A DNA stretch of 60,413 nucleotides from Candidatus Woesebacteria bacterium (lineage in GTDB: Bacteria > Patescibacteriota > Microgenomatia > UBA10105 > UBA927), in assembly GCA_018062625.1 (NCBI GenBank), contig JAGORV010000006.1, positions 1-60,413 of the forward strand, given 5' to 3'. The notes beneath the pieces were generated by a model that saw only the letters and a list, made by a program, of their open reading frames with translations, was not told where the DNA came from and made no database searches. The first letter of the stretch is position 1; each line of letters opens with the position of its first letter. Position numbers and translations under genes: made by a program. Below are positions 58,643-60,413 of the stretch, piece after piece.

Positions 58643-59362
58643 ATGAAAAAAACGCCGTTAATCTCCATAATTCTCCCAGTATATTATGAACAAAATAATA
58701 TCATTTGGACGCTTTCTCAAATTCATACCCAAGTAAAATACCGTCACGAAATACTCATTATTTATGATAACGACTCAGACCCAACGGTAAAAACAGTCAA
58801 AACTCAAACACGATCAAATAACATAAAAATAATAAAAAATTCCCACGGAACAGGAGTGCTTAACGCAATAAAAACAGGATTTGAAAACGCTAACGGAGAG
58901 GTATACGTTGTAATGGCTGCAGATCGAACAGATTCACCGAAAACGATAAACTCCATGTTTGTCAAAATACTACAAGGATATGATCTTGTGTGTCCAACAC
59001 GATATTCTTTAGGTGGAAAGGTTATCGGAAAAAATTCTCTCAAATCAATTTTGTCTCGACTCGCTGGAACAAGCACACCATTCGCACTGGGTATACCCAC
59101 GTCTGATTTAACATACTCATTTAAAATGTTCAGAAAAACCCTTCTAAAGAAAATACCTATTCAATCCAAGAGTGGGTTTGAGTTTTCAGAAGAAATGACG
59201 ATTAAAGCACATCTGTATGGATTTAAAATCGTAGAAGTTCCTACGATTTGGCGTGATCGAAAATATGGGGTTTCTAAATTTAAGTTAATTCAATGGCTTC
59301 CCAGTTATATGTATTGGTTTATTTGGGGGTTTATTCGACGACATCAGAAGCATTCCAGATGA
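58643..59362 (+). CDS. GT2, polyprenol-phosphate glycosyltransferase-like (DPM type)
   Basis: IILPVYYE, MAADRTD, CPTRYSLGG, EVPTIWRDRKYGVSKF. Confidence 0.88.
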   Translation: MKKTPLISIILPVYYEQNNIIWTLSQIHTQVKYRHEILIIYDNDSDPTVKTVKTQTRSNNIKIIKNSHGTGVLNAIKTGFENANGEVYVVMAADRTDSPKTINSMFVKILQGYDLVCPTRYSLGGKVIGKNSLKSILSRLAGTSTPFALGIPTSDLTYSFKMFRKTLLKKIPIQSKSGFEFSEEMTIKAHLYGFKIVEVPTIWRDRKYGVSKFKLIQWLPSYMYWFIWGFIRRHQKHSR

Positions 59363-59379
59363 ATCGTTTCACAGATATA

Positions 59380-60413
59380 TCACTCAACACCCAATTTTAT
59401 TCCACATAGTGCGTCTGTTTGAATCAGTTCAAACGCTTCCAGAGCAACATCAAGGTATTCTGCAGACGAAAAATGCGAGTCGTCTATAAACCTTGATGGT
59501 AGAAATTCTGTCGTTTTCTGTAAATCAAATAATGATAAATTATGTTTATGTGCCAAATCTCTAATCACCTCGTTATACAATGGAACGCTCATTCTCCATC
59601 CACCCTTATTGAGGTCAAGACCTCGCCAACCCTCTAGATGTGTAGCGTTATATGGGCGAGTAACAAGAACAACTTTTGTATCCCGCTTCTCTGATTCAGA
59701 GATCATATTTTGTACATTTTCTAAATATTTTCTAGCACTTACTCGGGGTACATAAGGAGCGCTTAGTGGGTCTACCGTATACCAATTTTTGAAAATAAGA
59801 AAAAGCCGCGACTTGCTTAAGATTTCAAATATCGGTGAGTAATGATTAACAAATTCGTTATCTGGAATTCCCATACTTGGAGCCGCATCATTCCACCCGA
59901 AGCTTATAAAAAGCACTGTAGGACGAATACGGTCTATTACTTCATTTAGTTTTTGTTGTCCTTGCATCGATGTATACCCAGCAACGCCTGCATTTATGAC
60001 TCGGCTGTTCATGCCTCTTGAGAGAAGTAGCTTATCTAATTCTTCTGGCCAAGAATTATTCTCTATGCCCTGAGTGTTGGAATCACCAAGGGCAAGAATG
60101 ACGCATGCATTCGATGCATGAGACATATCAACCTCTGCTAGCCCCACACGCCCAATATACCCATCTTTGTTAAATCTCCAATCACCTTTTTTGGGTTTCC
60201 ACAACAACCGCGCGTCTGGAACAAACTGCTCATCTCTCATCATATGAGTCAATCGCCAATCCTCGCTTTGTTGACTGGGTCGAATAAGCCGCTGAACATG
60301 AATTGGCTGGAAATAAGACACCCAACCTTTATCCGTTATCATACGAGCAGTAAATTCAACTGCACACAACATAATACCCGTCGTAATGATCAATACACCA
60401 ATATATTTTAATG
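59380..60413 (-). CDS. SGNH/GDSL hydrolase or acyltransferase, truncated at window end
   Basis: GDSNT, INAGVAGYTS, FGWNDA, DDSHFS; the frame stays open to position 60413. Confidence 0.88.
   Translation of the reverse strand, partial: LKYIGVLIITTGIMLCAVEFTARMITDKGWVSYFQPIHVQRLIRPSQQSEDWRLTHMMRDEQFVPDARLLWKPKKGDWRFNKDGYIGRVGLAEVDMSHASNACVILALGDSNTQGIENNSWPEELDKLLLSRGMNSRVINAGVAGYTSMQGQQKLNEVIDRIRPTVLFISFGWNDAAPSMGIPDNEFVNHYSPIFEILSKSRLFLIFKNWYTVDPLSAPYVPRVSARKYLENVQNMISESEKRDTKVVLVTRPYNATHLEGWRGLDLNKGGWRMSVPLYNEVIRDLAHKHNLSLFDLQKTTEFLPSRFIDDSHFSSAEYLDVALEAFELIQTDALCGIKLGVE

Noticed and set aside
476-60393. Stop-codon reassignment (code 25) as in Gracilibacteria/Absconditabacteria
   Set aside because: Conserved genes are full length under code 11 and several end in TGA
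1-60413. CRISPR array, cas genes, rRNA, IS/transposase, prophage
   Set aside because: No regularly spaced repeats, rRNA-like segments, transposase motifs or phage structural genes were seen

Overview
A 60.4 kb chromosomal segment. It is most likely from a Patescibacteria/CPR bacterium of the Microgenomates type; this is inferred from gene content (ATP-dependent DNA ligase, archaeal-type UMP kinase, stand-alone 5'-3' exonuclease, DUF5654/DUF5652/DUF4012-like proteins, many GT-C membrane proteins), and the standard genetic code fits. The first ~37 kb are mostly housekeeping: ligase, Fic, nnrD, recF, pyrH, ABC-2 exporter, ftsH, trpS, trpR, two tRNAs with CAT anticodons, ftsB-like, Xer-like recombinase, valS, efp/epmA, L25, RNase HI, jag-yidC-yidD-rnpA-rpmH and murD/murL. 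Two large surface-protein genes follow, then an ~18.5 kb surface-glycan locus with 10 strand switches. Main discovery: a Trp-responsive control region at 14.2-15.7 kb. It has a near-consensus promoter overlapped by a canonical TrpR operator, then trpR, a coupled one-Trp leader peptide and a 1:2/2:3/3:4 attenuator. These sit upstream of two unknown genes (one with a CNF1/CheD-like Cys-His dyad) and a trpS fused to a tRNA-binding domain; no trp biosynthesis genes are present in the window. Other highlights: a MurL-MurD2-type L-Glu epimerisation route to peptidoglycan, a stand-alone flap nuclease ending in a beta-clamp motif, a degenerate Xer-like recombinase, a non-canonical initiator-like tRNA, and widespread leaderless gene starts. 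No CRISPR array, rRNA or IS element was seen. All family assignments come from recalled motifs, not database searches.
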